Source of the DNA: Tubiluchus corallicola
Taxonomy: Eukaryota > Animalia > Priapulida
Direction of reading: 5' to 3'
DNA: 64,000 nt
Assembly: GCA_030141605.1 (NCBI GenBank)
Contig: JAQGDQ010002396.1
Span: 1 to 64,000 of the forward strand
This document shows, piece after piece, positions 20,197 to 31,558 of the stretch. Both the position numbers and the translations under genes were made by a program. The notes below the pieces were generated by a model. The model searched no databases. It was given only the letters and a program-made list of their open reading frames with translations, and was not told the DNA's origin. Position 1 is the first letter of the stretch. Each line of letters starts with the position of its first letter.

Positions 20197-21720
20197 ATGT
20201 CTAAACATCCTGAAAACACATCTGTTATTATTTTTGACACAACATTACGGGATGGCGAGCAGTCTCCCGGCGCTTCCATGAATCTGGAAGAAAAATTATC
20301 TGTCGCCTCTGTCCTTGAGGAGCTGAATGTTGATGTTATTGAAGCTGGATTTCCTATCGCCTCTATTGGTGATTTTGAGGCTGTTCATAAGATTGCCTCA
20401 ATGATCAAAAGGCCTACAATATGCGCTTTAGCGCGAACACGAAAAGACGATATCGAACGTGCCGCGGAAGCGCTTGCTCCTGCGGAAAAAAAACGGATCC
20501 ATACGTTTATCTCCACAAGCCCGCTTCACATGAAACATAAGTTACGGATGAACCCTGAGGATGTTTATCAAGCGACTATCGACAATGTAACGCTCGCGCG
20601 CCAGCTTACAGATGATGTCGAGTGGAGCGCCGAAGACGCGACACGAACAGATATCGATTTCTTATGTCACTGTATTGAAGGCGCTATCAGCGCTGGCGCG
20701 AAAACGATCAATGTGCCAGATACTGTTGGCTATACTGTTCCTGAGGAATATGGTCATCTTCTCTCGGAAATTATGAATCGTGTTCCTAATATTGATCAGG
20801 CTATTCTTTCTGTTCATTGCCACAATGATCTCGGGCTGGCTGTCGCCAATTCGCTGGCCGCTCTCAATGCTGGCGCTCGACAAATCGAATGTACCATTAA
20901 TGGGATTGGCGAGCGTGCTGGAAACGCTGCTTTGGAAGAAGTTGTCATGGCTATGCAAACGCGCCATAACATCCTTCCCTATACAACCAACATTATCACA
21001 CAGAAAATTATGAAAGCGTCTCGCACTGTTTCCGCCGTTACTGGATTTACCGTCCAATCCAATAAAGCAATCGTTGGTAAAAACGCTTTTGCGCATGAAT
21101 CCGGCATCCATCAGGATGGTATCCTTAAAGACGCGCGGACATATGAAATCATGACCCCGGAAACCATTGGGCTTACAGAATCAAAAATTGTTCTGGGGAA
21201 ACATTCCGGACGCCATGCTTTCCGCGATCGACTCAAACAGCTTGGGTATGAGCTGCAAGATGCTGATCTGCAAGACGCCTTCAAGCGTTTTAAACAACTT
21301 GCTGATTTAAAGAAAGATATTTTCGATGAGGATATTATCGCTTTAATTGATGATGAGATTTTAAGAATCAACAATCATATACAGCTGCTTTCCATGGAAA
21401 TTTCCAGTGGAACAGGTTTTGACTCTGCCCAAGCTTCTATGACCTTACTTCTTGAAAAAGAGAAAAAATCTATACAGGCGACTGGGAATGGGCCTGTTGA
21501 CGCGACATTCAACTGTATTAAAAAAATATCGCCGATTCGATGCAAGCTTAAGCTTTATCAGGTGCATGCTATAACGGGAGGAACAGATGCCCAAGGGGAA
21601 GTTACTGTCCGCCTGGAAAATGAGGCGCACCAGATTGCAAACGGTCAAGGAAGCGACACAGATGTCATTGTCGCGTCTGCGAAAGCATATTTAAATGCCC
21701 TCAATAAGTTTATCACATAA
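20197..21720 (+). CDS. leuA: 2-isopropylmalate synthase
   Basis: [33 protein letters not shown]-terminal regulatory domain GNGPVDA. Confidence 0.98.
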   Translation: MSKHPENTSVIIFDTTLRDGEQSPGASMNLEEKLSVASVLEELNVDVIEAGFPIASIGDFEAVHKIASMIKRPTICALARTRKDDIERAAEALAPAEKKRIHTFISTSPLHMKHKLRMNPEDVYQATIDNVTLARQLTDDVEWSAEDATRTDIDFLCHCIEGAISAGAKTINVPDTVGYTVPEEYGHLLSEIMNRVPNIDQAILSVHCHNDLGLAVANSLAALNAGARQIECTINGIGERAGNAALEEVVMAMQTRHNILPYTTNIITQKIMKASRTVSAVTGFTVQSNKAIVGKNAFAHESGIHQDGILKDARTYEIMTPETIGLTESKIVLGKHSGRHAFRDRLKQLGYELQDADLQDAFKRFKQLADLKKDIFDEDIIALIDDEILRINNHIQLLSMEISSGTGFDSAQASMTLLLEKEKKSIQATGNGPVDATFNCIKKISPIRCKLKLYQVHAITGGTDAQGEVTVRLENEAHQIANGQGSDTDVIVASAKAYLNALNKFIT

Positions 21721-21862
21721 AATTCAAAGAATGTCATGCTGTTAGCTTTTCTTTTTCTGCAGGAACATAAACAAACAAGAGTGTTTTAGAGAGGTTCTTT
21801 AGAGATATATTTAAATTAATATATAGAAATGCTTGAGATTTTTCTCATAACAGTGTAGATAA

Positions 21863-23002
<1,140 letters not shown>

Positions 23003-23110
23003 AAATATAGCGTTTCTATTTTCTTTCGGGGGGCTTTTTCCAGCTACTTTTTTTGCTTCCTTGTTTCTATCCTCTATTAGAAAATCTATTACTCAGGAGA
23101 GTTTAAGCAC

Positions 23111-24538
23111 ATGTTTTTAGGAATCGATTTAGGGACAGCCTCTGTTAAAGCATGCCTTGTCGATCAAAAGGGCGCGCACCTTTTCGAAACGTCACAAAGT
23201 TATCCTATTTTATCCCCTCATGCTGGATGGGCGGAAACGCCTCCGCGGAAATGGTGGGAGGCTACAGTCCGAGCGGTGCGGCTCTGCAGTGAGCAAAATA
23301 TTCCTATAAAAGCTATTGGTTTATCCGGGCAGGCGCACGGTCTTGTTCTAGCGGATCAAGATGGGCACCCTTTGAGAAACGCGATCTTATGGGCCGATAG
23401 CCGTTCAACAGAACAGTGTCAGCACTACAGGGCTCTTTCTCAAAAACAGCGTGCCTGTCTTGCGAACCCAATCGCCGCTGGTATGGCTGGGCCTTCAGTG
23501 CTTTGGATCAAGGAATATGAGCCAGAAATTTATACCGCTGCCCGCTGGGCTTTTCAACCTAAAGACTGGCTTCGTTATAAAATGACACAAACCGCCTGCA
23601 CAGAGCCTTCAGACGCCTCTATGACACTTTTGTTTGATGTGCGGGAGAATCATTGGGCGGACTCTATTTTTAACAGCTTAAATCTTCGGCGGGACTGGCT
23701 CCCTCCCTTAGAAAAATCTCTTTCTATCTGTGGCCACTTAACAAAAGAGGCCGCTGACGCTTTTCACTTGCCGCCTTCCCTTCCTGTCGCTACAGGCGGC
23801 AGTGATTCCGCCGTCAGTCTTATTGGAAACGGTTTTATCCATGATGGAGAAACCGTGATTCAACTTGGGTCCGCTATGCAGATCATCTCTCTTTGCTCAA
23901 CGCCTCATAAAAGCGCCAAGCAAAAAATACATTTATATCGTCGATGCGATAAACATTACTATGCTATGGCTGCGATGCAAAATGCCGGCACTGTTTTTGA
24001 GTGGGTGAAAAAAACACTTCATGTATCATGGGAAACCATGTACCAGGAGGCCTTCGAGGAAACGTCCACAAGCATGGGAGTTTCTTTTCTTCCCTATATT
24101 ACAGGCGAGCGAACACCGCACTTAAATCCCTCCGCCTGTGGAACATGGCATGGTCTGAAATTGCACCACGAGCGAAAACATATGATTCGCGCTGTTTTTG
24201 AAGGTGTTGCCTTTGCGTTAAAAGATGGTCTCAAGGCGTTGCAAGAAACAGGAATTAACGCTGATACACTCGTTTTATCAGGAGGAGGCGTTAAAGATAT
24301 TCGCTGGCGCCAACTTCTTGCGAATATACTCGAGAAACCGCTCATATACCGCCCGGAGCTTAATGGCTCTCCCCGAGGCGCGGCTCTTATCGCCGGCTTG
24401 TCACTCGGGCACTGGAACAGCATACAGGATACAATTCCAGAGCTTGAGAAAGCCTCTTCCGCGCTGAAGCCGGAGTCTCAGCCTGAGCTTCAAAATGCCT
24501 GGGAGCGATTTGTAGAGCTTTATCCTAAGCTTTATTGA
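23111..24538 (+). CDS. xylB: FGGY carbohydrate kinase, xylulokinase-like
   Basis: GIDLGT, GLSGQAHG, PKDWLR, FLPYITGERTP, RAVFEGVA motifs. Confidence 0.85.
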   Translation: MFLGIDLGTASVKACLVDQKGAHLFETSQSYPILSPHAGWAETPPRKWWEATVRAVRLCSEQNIPIKAIGLSGQAHGLVLADQDGHPLRNAILWADSRSTEQCQHYRALSQKQRACLANPIAAGMAGPSVLWIKEYEPEIYTAARWAFQPKDWLRYKMTQTACTEPSDASMTLLFDVRENHWADSIFNSLNLRRDWLPPLEKSLSICGHLTKEAADAFHLPPSLPVATGGSDSAVSLIGNGFIHDGETVIQLGSAMQIISLCSTPHKSAKQKIHLYRRCDKHYYAMAAMQNAGTVFEWVKKTLHVSWETMYQEAFEETSTSMGVSFLPYITGERTPHLNPSACGTWHGLKLHHERKHMIRAVFEGVAFALKDGLKALQETGINADTLVLSGGGVKDIRWRQLLANILEKPLIYRPELNGSPRGAALIAGLSLGHWNSIQDTIPELEKASSALKPESQPELQNAWERFVELYPKLY

Positions 24539-24578
24539 CGTGCGTGCCCGCATAAAACAAAATGAGCGAATATAGCTG

Positions 24579-24607
24579 TTGACTCCTGAAACAAAATTTT
24601 ATACCTT
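24579..24607 (+). promoter_or_regulatory. Probable rpsD promoter
   Basis: TTGACT-N17-TACCTT. Confidence 0.5.
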
Positions 24608-24725
24608 TAGGCTACTATTTCCAGGAATGTGGGTAAAGTCGCCCCTTTTTCCTCTCTTGCTGTAAGGGTTGAGGAAAAACTACTGGGACACGAAAATACA
24701 TTATAAATAAAGCGAGATAAAAATT

Positions 24726-25343
24726 ATGACAAAACGGATCAGTGCCAAGTATAAAATTGACCGACGCTTCGGTGTCAATCTCTGGGGTCGCCCCCGCTCT
24801 CCTATTAACGCGCGTGAATATCGCCCTGGTGAACATGGGCAGAAGCGTGCGCGCAAACCTTCTGATTACGGTTTGCAGCTTGCCGCAAAGCAAAAATTAA
24901 AGGGTTATTACGCTAGCATCAGCGAAAAGCAGTTTAGAAAATACTATCAGGAAGCTGTACGGCGACGTGGAGATACTTCAGAGCATCTTATCGGTATTTT
25001 AGAGCGTCGTCTAGACGCTGTCGTCTATAGAATGAAAATTGTCCCGACTGTTTTCGCAGCTCGTCAATTTGTCAATCATGGGCATATTAAAGTAAATGGA
25101 AAACGTGTTAATATCCCTTCCTATCTTGTGAAAGAAGGAGATGTTATTGAGGTTCGTGAAAAGTCAAGACAAATTCCTATGGTTCTGGCCGCTATCGAGT
25201 CTGCCGAGCGTAATGTTCCTGATTATGTGGAAATCGACACTAAAAAAATGGTTGGAAAATTCTTACGGGTTCCACAATTGTCGGATGTGCCTTATGCGTC
25301 GCAAATGGAGCCTAATTTAGTTGTCGAGTTCTATTCTCGATAA
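24726..25343 (+). CDS. rpsD: 30S ribosomal protein S4
   Basis: [36 protein letters not shown]. Confidence 0.99.
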   Translation: MTKRISAKYKIDRRFGVNLWGRPRSPINAREYRPGEHGQKRARKPSDYGLQLAAKQKLKGYYASISEKQFRKYYQEAVRRRGDTSEHLIGILERRLDAVVYRMKIVPTVFAARQFVNHGHIKVNGKRVNIPSYLVKEGDVIEVREKSRQIPMVLAAIESAERNVPDYVEIDTKKMVGKFLRVPQLSDVPYASQMEPNLVVEFYSR

Positions 25344-25364
25344 AGCAATCAAAATAAAAACCAT

Positions 25365-25394
25365 AAAAGGAGCCTTTTTCAAGGCTCTTTTTTT
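25365..25394 (+). terminator. Rho-independent terminator after rpsD
   Basis: AAAAGGAGCCTT-TTTC-AAGGCTCTTTTTTT. Confidence 0.85.
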
Positions 25395-25518
25395 ATTTCA
25401 AAGCGGCGTTTTCAATCTTATGGGTTTAATTTTAGGCTATTTTCAAAGAAACAGGCTTTTATTCTTTAGTTTTATACACTATAATTAAAAAAACGATTTC
25501 GTGTATAAGGAGATAATT

Positions 25519-26457
25519 ATGAAAGCTCTTGTTTTTCCAGGGCAGGGCTCCCAGCGTATCGGTATGGGAAAGCCTCTTTTTGACACATTTGAGGAAGCAA
25601 GAAATATATTTCTTGAAGTTGACGAGACGCTTAAGCAAAACCTCTCTCGCCTGATTTTTGAAGGTCCGGAAGAAGAGCTCACCCTAACGGAGAACGCTCA
25701 ACCGGCTCTTATGGCTGTAAGTCTTGCTGTTATTAATGTTTTAAAAAAGCAAGGAAATGTTGATCCCGTTGACTTCGCTTCTTATATTGCCGGCCATTCC
25801 CTAGGGGAATATTCAGCTCTCGCCTGCGCGGATGTTTTCTCGCTGGCAGATACGGCCGCTTTATTAAAAATACGTGGACAATCCATGCAAGCCGCGACAC
25901 CGCCTGGGCTTGGGAGTATGGCTGCTATTCTCGGTCTTTCTTTTGATACTGTCGATGAAATCGCTAAAAGCGCCTCTTCTCAGCAGGAAGTTTGCGTTAT
26001 TGCTAATGATAACAGCGAGGGGCAAGTTGTCCTTAGCGGTCATGCGAACGCTATTGACAATGCTATTGAAATCGCGAAAGAAAAAGGAGCAAGACGCTCG
26101 GTAAAGCTTTCTGTCAGCGCGCCTTTTCACTCTCCGTTAATGGCGCCGGCCGCCGAAAAAATGGAGACGGCTCTTGCGGCCGTTTCTGGAAACGCGCCGT
26201 CAATTCCTCTTGTTGCAAATGTCACTGCAGAAAGCGCACACGATCTCAATACTATTAAGCGCCTTCTTGTGCAGCAGGTTACCAATAGAGTTCGATGGCG
26301 AGAATCCATCAGCTATATGCAGAAGTCCGGCGTTAGCACAATTATTGAGGTTGGCGCTGGGAAAGTTCTCTCTGGCCTCAACAGGCGCATTAGCAAAACA
26401 CTGGCTTCTGTGAGCATTGAGACGCCGGAGGATATAGAAAGTTTCCTCGCTCTTTAA
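25519..26457 (+). CDS. fabD: Malonyl-CoA:ACP transacylase
   Basis: FPGQGSQ, GHSLGEY, SAPFHS; ATG 25519 follows AAGGAG. Confidence 0.98.
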   Translation: MKALVFPGQGSQRIGMGKPLFDTFEEARNIFLEVDETLKQNLSRLIFEGPEEELTLTENAQPALMAVSLAVINVLKKQGNVDPVDFASYIAGHSLGEYSALACADVFSLADTAALLKIRGQSMQAATPPGLGSMAAILGLSFDTVDEIAKSASSQQEVCVIANDNSEGQVVLSGHANAIDNAIEIAKEKGARRSVKLSVSAPFHSPLMAPAAEKMETALAAVSGNAPSIPLVANVTAESAHDLNTIKRLLVQQVTNRVRWRESISYMQKSGVSTIIEVGAGKVLSGLNRRISKTLASVSIETPEDIESFLAL

Positions 26458-26493
26458 AAATACATCTTCAAATACAATCATCGGAGAGAAAAT

Positions 26494-27234
26494 ATGTTTG
26501 ACCTATCAGAAAAAAATGCTTTAGTCACAGGAGCTGCTGGTGGAATCGGCGAAGCCATTGCACGCGCTCTTCATCAGCAAGGCGCCGCTGTCGCTTTGGC
26601 AGGGAGAGACGTAGAAAAAATGAACGCGCTTTCTGATGAGTTAGGGGGCAATGTTTGTGTGTTAACAAGCGGAGACCTCTCAGATCCTGATGTTCCCACA
26701 ATATGGGCGCAAGAAGCGCGTGATAAACTGGGCTCTGTTGATATTCTCATCAATAATGCTGGTTTGACACGTGACACACTCACCTTGGCAATGAAAGACA
26801 GCGATTGGGAGGGGGTGCTTTCAATCAATCTAACGGCGTCTTTTCGACTCGTGCGCGCCTGCTTGCGGGGGATGATGAAGAAGCGCTTTGGAAGAATTAT
26901 CGGTATCACCTCTATTGTCGGTATGATGGGCAATGCCGGTCAGGCCAATTACGCCGCTTCTAAAGCTGGTATGATTGGTTTTAGCAAATCGTTGGCGCAG
27001 GAAGTGGCCTCACGTGGAATTACCGCGAATTGTATCGCGCCCGGTTTTATTAAAACAGCGATGACAGATAAGCTTTCCGATGAGCAGAGAGAGCTTCTGT
27101 TGAGACAAATTCCTATCAAACGCCTCGGAGCTCCTGAAGATGTCGCTACAGCCGCTATATGGCTCGCGAGTGACGAGGCCGCATGGGTAACAGGGCAGAC
27201 AATTCACGTTAACGGAGGAATGGCAATGTACTAA
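26494..27234 (+). CDS. fabG: 3-oxoacyl-ACP reductase
   Basis: TGAAGGIG, NNAG, NYAASKAG, VNGGMAM. Confidence 0.97.
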   Translation: MFDLSEKNALVTGAAGGIGEAIARALHQQGAAVALAGRDVEKMNALSDELGGNVCVLTSGDLSDPDVPTIWAQEARDKLGSVDILINNAGLTRDTLTLAMKDSDWEGVLSINLTASFRLVRACLRGMMKKRFGRIIGITSIVGMMGNAGQANYAASKAGMIGFSKSLAQEVASRGITANCIAPGFIKTAMTDKLSDEQRELLLRQIPIKRLGAPEDVATAAIWLASDEAAWVTGQTIHVNGGMAMY

Positions 27235-27366
27235 TAGTATAAATTTTATCTAGACTTTTTAATAAAATTATGGCAAGTAACCATAGTAAAGTTTTATAGA
27301 ATTATGGTACGTTTTTATAAAGGTAAAAATTTAAGTATATAAAATATAATTTTAAGGGGAATATGA

Positions 27367-27606
27367 ATGAATGATATAGCACAACGTGTAAAAAATATTA
27401 TCGCTGAAAAACTTGAGGTTGATGTTGAAACACTAAAAGATTCTGCGACATTTCGTGAGGATTTAGGTGCAGATAGCCTAGATATTGTTGAAATGGTTAT
27501 GGATCTTGAGACAGAATTTAAAATTGAAATCTCTGACGATTCTGCTGATCAGGTACAGACTGTCGGACAGACAATTAAATTTATTGAGGAAGCTGTTAAA
27601 CAGTAA
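27367..27606 (+). CDS. acpP: Acyl carrier protein
   Basis: DLGADSLD phosphopantetheine site; acidic, 79 aa; fab context. Confidence 0.97.
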   Translation: MNDIAQRVKNIIAEKLEVDVETLKDSATFREDLGADSLDIVEMVMDLETEFKIEISDDSADQVQTVGQTIKFIEEAVKQ

Positions 27607-27625
27607 TCTTAATTTTTCTATATGG

Positions 27626-27661
27626 ATTAGTTGAAAAAGAACATATGTTCTTTTTCCTAAT
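27626..27661 (+). terminator. Hairpin after acpP (terminator or mRNA 3' stabiliser)
   Basis: Perfect 24-bp palindrome GAAAAAGAACATATGTTCTTTTTC at 27633-27656, flanked by ATTAG and CTAAT. Confidence 0.55.
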
Positions 27662-27758
27662 TCTATATTTTGACAGTATAAAAAATGCGACCAGTTATGT
27701 AAGGATATTGCTTAACGTTTTTTAAATTTTGGATAAATATGCAAGTGAGAGAGCCGCA

Positions 27759-29027
27759 ATGAAAAGACGTGTTGTTGTAACAGGAATGGGAATTGTATCT
27801 CCTTTAGGTATTGGCTTGGATTATAGTTGGAATCGATTGATTCAAGGCCATAGCGGTGTTGTAAAAATTGATGTGTTTGATTCTTCTGATTTACCCGTTC
27901 ATATTGCCGCACAAATTCCAACGGGAGAAAAAGCAGAAGAAGGCGCTTTCAATATCGCTGACTGGATGTCTCCAAAAGAAGCGCGACGGACAGATAGTTT
28001 TATCATTTATGCCATCGCTGCGGCGGAAATGGCTGTCCAGGACGCGGGCTGGAAGCCTCAAAATGAAGACTCTCTTTTACGTACTGGTATTTCCATTGGA
28101 TCGGGAATTGGCGGACTGCCCGCTATTGAAAAAGGCGCTCTGCAGGTTCAAGAAAATTATCGCAAGCTAAGTCCTTTTTTTATTCCTGCCTGTCTGATTA
28201 ATTTAGCTTCAGGTCATATCTCCATTAAATATGGTTTCAAAGGGCCAAACCATTCCGTTGTTACAGCCTGCTCTACAGGTGCCCATGCTATTGGCGATTC
28301 GGCTCGCATAATTGCTGATGATGACGCCGATGTCATGATTTGCGGCGGAACAGAGGCCGCTATATGCCGATTGGGAATCTCAGGTTTCGCGCGTGCGCAG
28401 GCTCTCTCTACAGCTTATAATGACACGCCGGAAAAAGCCTCCCGCCCTTGGGACAAAGGAAGAGATGGCTTTGTTATGGGAGCTGGCTCTGGCATCCTTG
28501 TTCTCGAAGAGCTCAACCACGCGAAAAAACGAGGGGCTAAAATCTACGGAGAGGTTGTTGGATACGGTATGACCGGAGACGCGTTTCATATTACCTCGCC
28601 TTCGGAAGACGGTAGCGGCGCGAGGAGAGCTATGTGTGCCGCTTTGAAAAAAGCGGGGCTCAATCCAGACGATATTGGCTATATCAATGCTCATGGAACC
28701 TCTACCCCAGTGGGGGATATGATTGAGCTCAAAGCAATTAAAGATACTTTCGGATCGGCTCTTTCTAACATTATGATCTCTTCAACAAAATCGTCTATCG
28801 GGCATCTTTTGGGGGCTGCGGGCGCTGTAGAGGCGATCTTCTCTCTGAAAGCCCTTGAGACAGGAATCGTTCCTCCAACGCTTAATCTCAATGATCCAGA
28901 GGAAGGCACAAGCGGAATTGACCTTGTTCCTAATATCGCTAAAGAAAAAAAGATTACAGCCGCTCTATCAAACTCTTTTGGTTTTGGCGGAACAAACGCC
29001 TCTTTAATTTTTAAGGTGTTGGAATAA
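27759..29027 (+). CDS. fabF: Beta-ketoacyl-ACP synthase II
   Basis: RRVVVTGMG, TACSTG, NAHGTST, GHLLGAAG, NSFGFGGTN. Confidence 0.98.
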   Translation: MKRRVVVTGMGIVSPLGIGLDYSWNRLIQGHSGVVKIDVFDSSDLPVHIAAQIPTGEKAEEGAFNIADWMSPKEARRTDSFIIYAIAAAEMAVQDAGWKPQNEDSLLRTGISIGSGIGGLPAIEKGALQVQENYRKLSPFFIPACLINLASGHISIKYGFKGPNHSVVTACSTGAHAIGDSARIIADDDADVMICGGTEAAICRLGISGFARAQALSTAYNDTPEKASRPWDKGRDGFVMGAGSGILVLEELNHAKKRGAKIYGEVVGYGMTGDAFHITSPSEDGSGARRAMCAALKKAGLNPDDIGYINAHGTSTPVGDMIELKAIKDTFGSALSNIMISSTKSSIGHLLGAAGAVEAIFSLKALETGIVPPTLNLNDPEEGTSGIDLVPNIAKEKKITAALSNSFGFGGTNASLIFKVLE

Positions 29028-29087
29028 AGAGAAACAGAAAAATAGAGCAGATTTTTACGGGCTTACCTTTCAACCTATTTAAAATAT

Positions 29088-29159
29088 ATGGCCACTATAT
29101 AAGTGTATATTGTAATGGCCATTATAGTAAAGATTATTGTATATTGTATGGCCACTATA
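29088..29159 (+). repeat. Three imperfect tandem copies of ATGGCCAYTATA spanning the mltG start
   Basis: Copies at 29088, 29115 and 29148; TGTATATTGT also repeated at 29104 and 29138. Confidence 0.8.
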
Positions 29160-30122
29160 ATAAGAGTTATCGTCTATTTCGCGGGGGCGTGTCTTCTTGC
29201 CCTTTTTGTTCTTATTGCCCAGTTTTTCATACCGGGGCAGCAGGAGAATGAAACGCGAATCTATATTCCTAAAGGCTCGTCTATTTCGGATATTGTTTCT
29301 ATTTTAGATCAGAATAGTCTCTTATTGTCTCCTGAGATGTTTCGGTATGGTCTTCGGATCTGGAATCTTGATAAAAAGCTAAAGGCCGGTGAGTTTATTC
29401 TTCCTGCTAGGGCAAGTCTTCATGAAATTGCGCTTATTCTTTCTGACAGCGCGCAAACCATATCACGTAAAGTGACAATCGCCGAAGGGCTGACAGTAAA
29501 ACAGGTGCTTGACATAATTGAACAGCTTGACACCTTAACAGGTGATATTCCTGCTTCTGACACTATTTCTGAAGGCTCTCTTCTGCCAGAAACATGGTTT
29601 TTTGAATATGCGTCCTCTAGGCAAGAGCTTATCACCCGCATGCAATCCGCCATGGAAAAAACACTTCAAACCCTCTGGGAACATAGAGCCGACGGCCTGC
29701 CATTTAAAAACCCTCAAGAAGCCTTGATTTTAGCCTCTATTGTTGAAAAGGAGGCCGCTAACGAGCAAGAGCGTCCTCATATCGCCAGTGTTTTCATCAA
29801 TCGTTTACGAAAAGGCATGATGCTTCAAGCGGATCCTACAGTTGTTTATGGTCTGGGATACGAAAGTGGAAAAGGGCTGACAAAAAAAGACCTCGCGACA
29901 GAAACACCTTATAATACCTATATGTTTGCTGGTTTACCCCCGACTCCTATTGCCAACGCAGGAATTGCCTCCATTAAAGCAACCCTAAATCCTTTGGAAA
30001 CAAAAGACTTATATTTTGTCGCTAATGGCGACAAGGGGCATTTCTTTGCCTCAACATTAAAAGAGCATCAGAAAAACGTCCGCAAATGGCGCCAGATAGA
30101 AAGAGAGCGCGGCTTGCGTTAG
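29115..30122 (+). CDS. mltG: Endolytic transglycosylase
   Basis: N-terminal TM, LKAGE, EGSLLPET, LASIVEKE, LQADPTV, PYNTY, GLPPTPI. Start ambiguous (29103, 29115 or 29148). Confidence 0.95.
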   Translation: MAIIVKIIVYCMATIIRVIVYFAGACLLALFVLIAQFFIPGQQENETRIYIPKGSSISDIVSILDQNSLLLSPEMFRYGLRIWNLDKKLKAGEFILPARASLHEIALILSDSAQTISRKVTIAEGLTVKQVLDIIEQLDTLTGDIPASDTISEGSLLPETWFFEYASSRQELITRMQSAMEKTLQTLWEHRADGLPFKNPQEALILASIVEKEAANEQERPHIASVFINRLRKGMMLQADPTVVYGLGYESGKGLTKKDLATETPYNTYMFAGLPPTPIANAGIASIKATLNPLETKDLYFVANGDKGHFFASTLKEHQKNVRKWRQIERERGLR

Positions 30123-30195
30123 TGCTCCGCGCAGTTTGTAAAGGCTGCGTTAGTTCCTATAAACTTGTACGATATAATGATGAAAGTATAGATGT

Positions 30196-30831
30196 GTGAC
30201 TTTAAATAATATGCGAATAAATGGCTTGATATTTATTCTGACAGCTCCTTCCGGCGCTGGAAAAAGTTCTATCTCCCAATCGTTGTTAGAGCGGAATAAA
30301 ACCCTCTCTTTATCTATTTCCATAACAACGCGCAAAGCTCGAGAAGGTGAGATTCACGGCGTACATTATTTCTTTGAATCAGAAAAAAAATTTCAGACCC
30401 TTATTCAGCAAGACGCTCTTTTGGAATATGCGCATGTTTTCAAAAATTTATATGGAACTCCGAAACAAGCTGTTATTGATATGCTGGAGAAAGGAAAAGA
30501 CGTTCTGTTTGATATCGATTGGCAAGGCGCGCAGCAAGTCGCTCGAAAAATGCCAAAGCAAACCATTCGTATCTTTTTGCTACCGCCCTCTATGGAGGCT
30601 TTAAAAAGCCGCCTTCAGTATAGAAAGCAAGATAGCGAGAAGACAATCGATTATCGTATGTCTCAATCGATTAGTGAGCTTTCTCACTGGAAAGAGTGTG
30701 ATTATGTGCTCATCAATGATGATTTTGACAAAACTGTAGAGGCGATTGAATCCATCATACAGTCAGAGCATCTACGCCGTATCCACAATCCATGGCTTTC
30801 CGCTTTTTCCCAGTCTCTAAAAAAGTCTTAG
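30196..30831 (+). CDS. gmk: Guanylate kinase
   Basis: APSGAGKS P-loop, YGTP, FDIDWQGA. Confidence 0.97.
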   Translation: MTLNNMRINGLIFILTAPSGAGKSSISQSLLERNKTLSLSISITTRKAREGEIHGVHYFFESEKKFQTLIQQDALLEYAHVFKNLYGTPKQAVIDMLEKGKDVLFDIDWQGAQQVARKMPKQTIRIFLLPPSMEALKSRLQYRKQDSEKTIDYRMSQSISELSHWKECDYVLINDDFDKTVEAIESIIQSEHLRRIHNPWLSAFSQSLKKS

Positions 30832-31544
30832 TCGTTGGTTATTTCTTTCTTTTTCAAGAAATAGCCCCGTTTTAAAAAATGAATCACTTGCCGGCGGACG
30901 ATGCCACTATAAGGCAATAGTGTATGATGCCCTTGAAAAGGGCGATTGACAAGAAACCAATCCTTCATGCCCAGAAGCTGTGTACTTTGAACAGAAACCT
31001 GACCATCATTCTTCTTTCCCTTCATAAATAAGTACGATAAAAGAACCTCCATAGATGTCTGACCTGCTATAATCCCCAGTTCATAATCCACTTTTCCCAG
31101 CAGATGTGCGAAGTCGCTCTGATCTGTTGTCAGCTGCTGGCTTGCGGGTCCTAAAAGCTTTTTAAAAAAAAGTGTTTTATGCAAGGCGTCAGCGATTTCA
31201 CTCCCATGATTTGGCGTGCCGATATGAACCACCCTACCTAATCGCCTATGTCTATAGCGAGATAAAAACATACGCAAAACAAGCCCCCCCATAGAGTGAG
31301 CGACATAATGTATCACTGTATTTTGCTGCCTGTAAAATCCTAGCCTCTCTTCAATATAGTCCGCTATTTGCTCTAAAGAGCCGCGCCGTGATGGGTATGG
31401 CAGGTTGAAAACCTTAAACCCTTCCTTTTCCAGATAATATTGAAGGCGCTTCATATGAAACGGGCCAGAAAGCACGCCATGAAGTAAAACAACATATTCC
31501 TGCGCTTCTGCTTTATCGCGAACAGATGAGCTTTTCATAAGCAA
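30828..31544 (-). CDS. Alpha/beta hydrolase (lipase/esterase, PGAP1-like)
   Basis: VLLHG, nucleophile elbow AHSMGG, GTPNHGS, NDGQV, C-terminal His. Confidence 0.88.
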   Translation of the reverse strand: MLMKSSSVRDKAEAQEYVVLLHGVLSGPFHMKRLQYYLEKEGFKVFNLPYPSRRGSLEQIADYIEERLGFYRQQNTVIHYVAHSMGGLVLRMFLSRYRHRRLGRVVHIGTPNHGSEIADALHKTLFFKKLLGPASQQLTTDQSDFAHLLGKVDYELGIIAGQTSMEVLLSYLFMKGKKNDGQVSVQSTQLLGMKDWFLVNRPFQGHHTLLPYSGIVRRQVIHFLKRGYFLKKKEITND

Positions 31545-31558
31545 TCTCTGCTATACAA

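Noticed and set aside
29088-29180. Mini CRISPR array
   Set aside because: Repeats are only 12 bp, the spacers resemble each other, they are in frame with mltG, and no cas genes are present.
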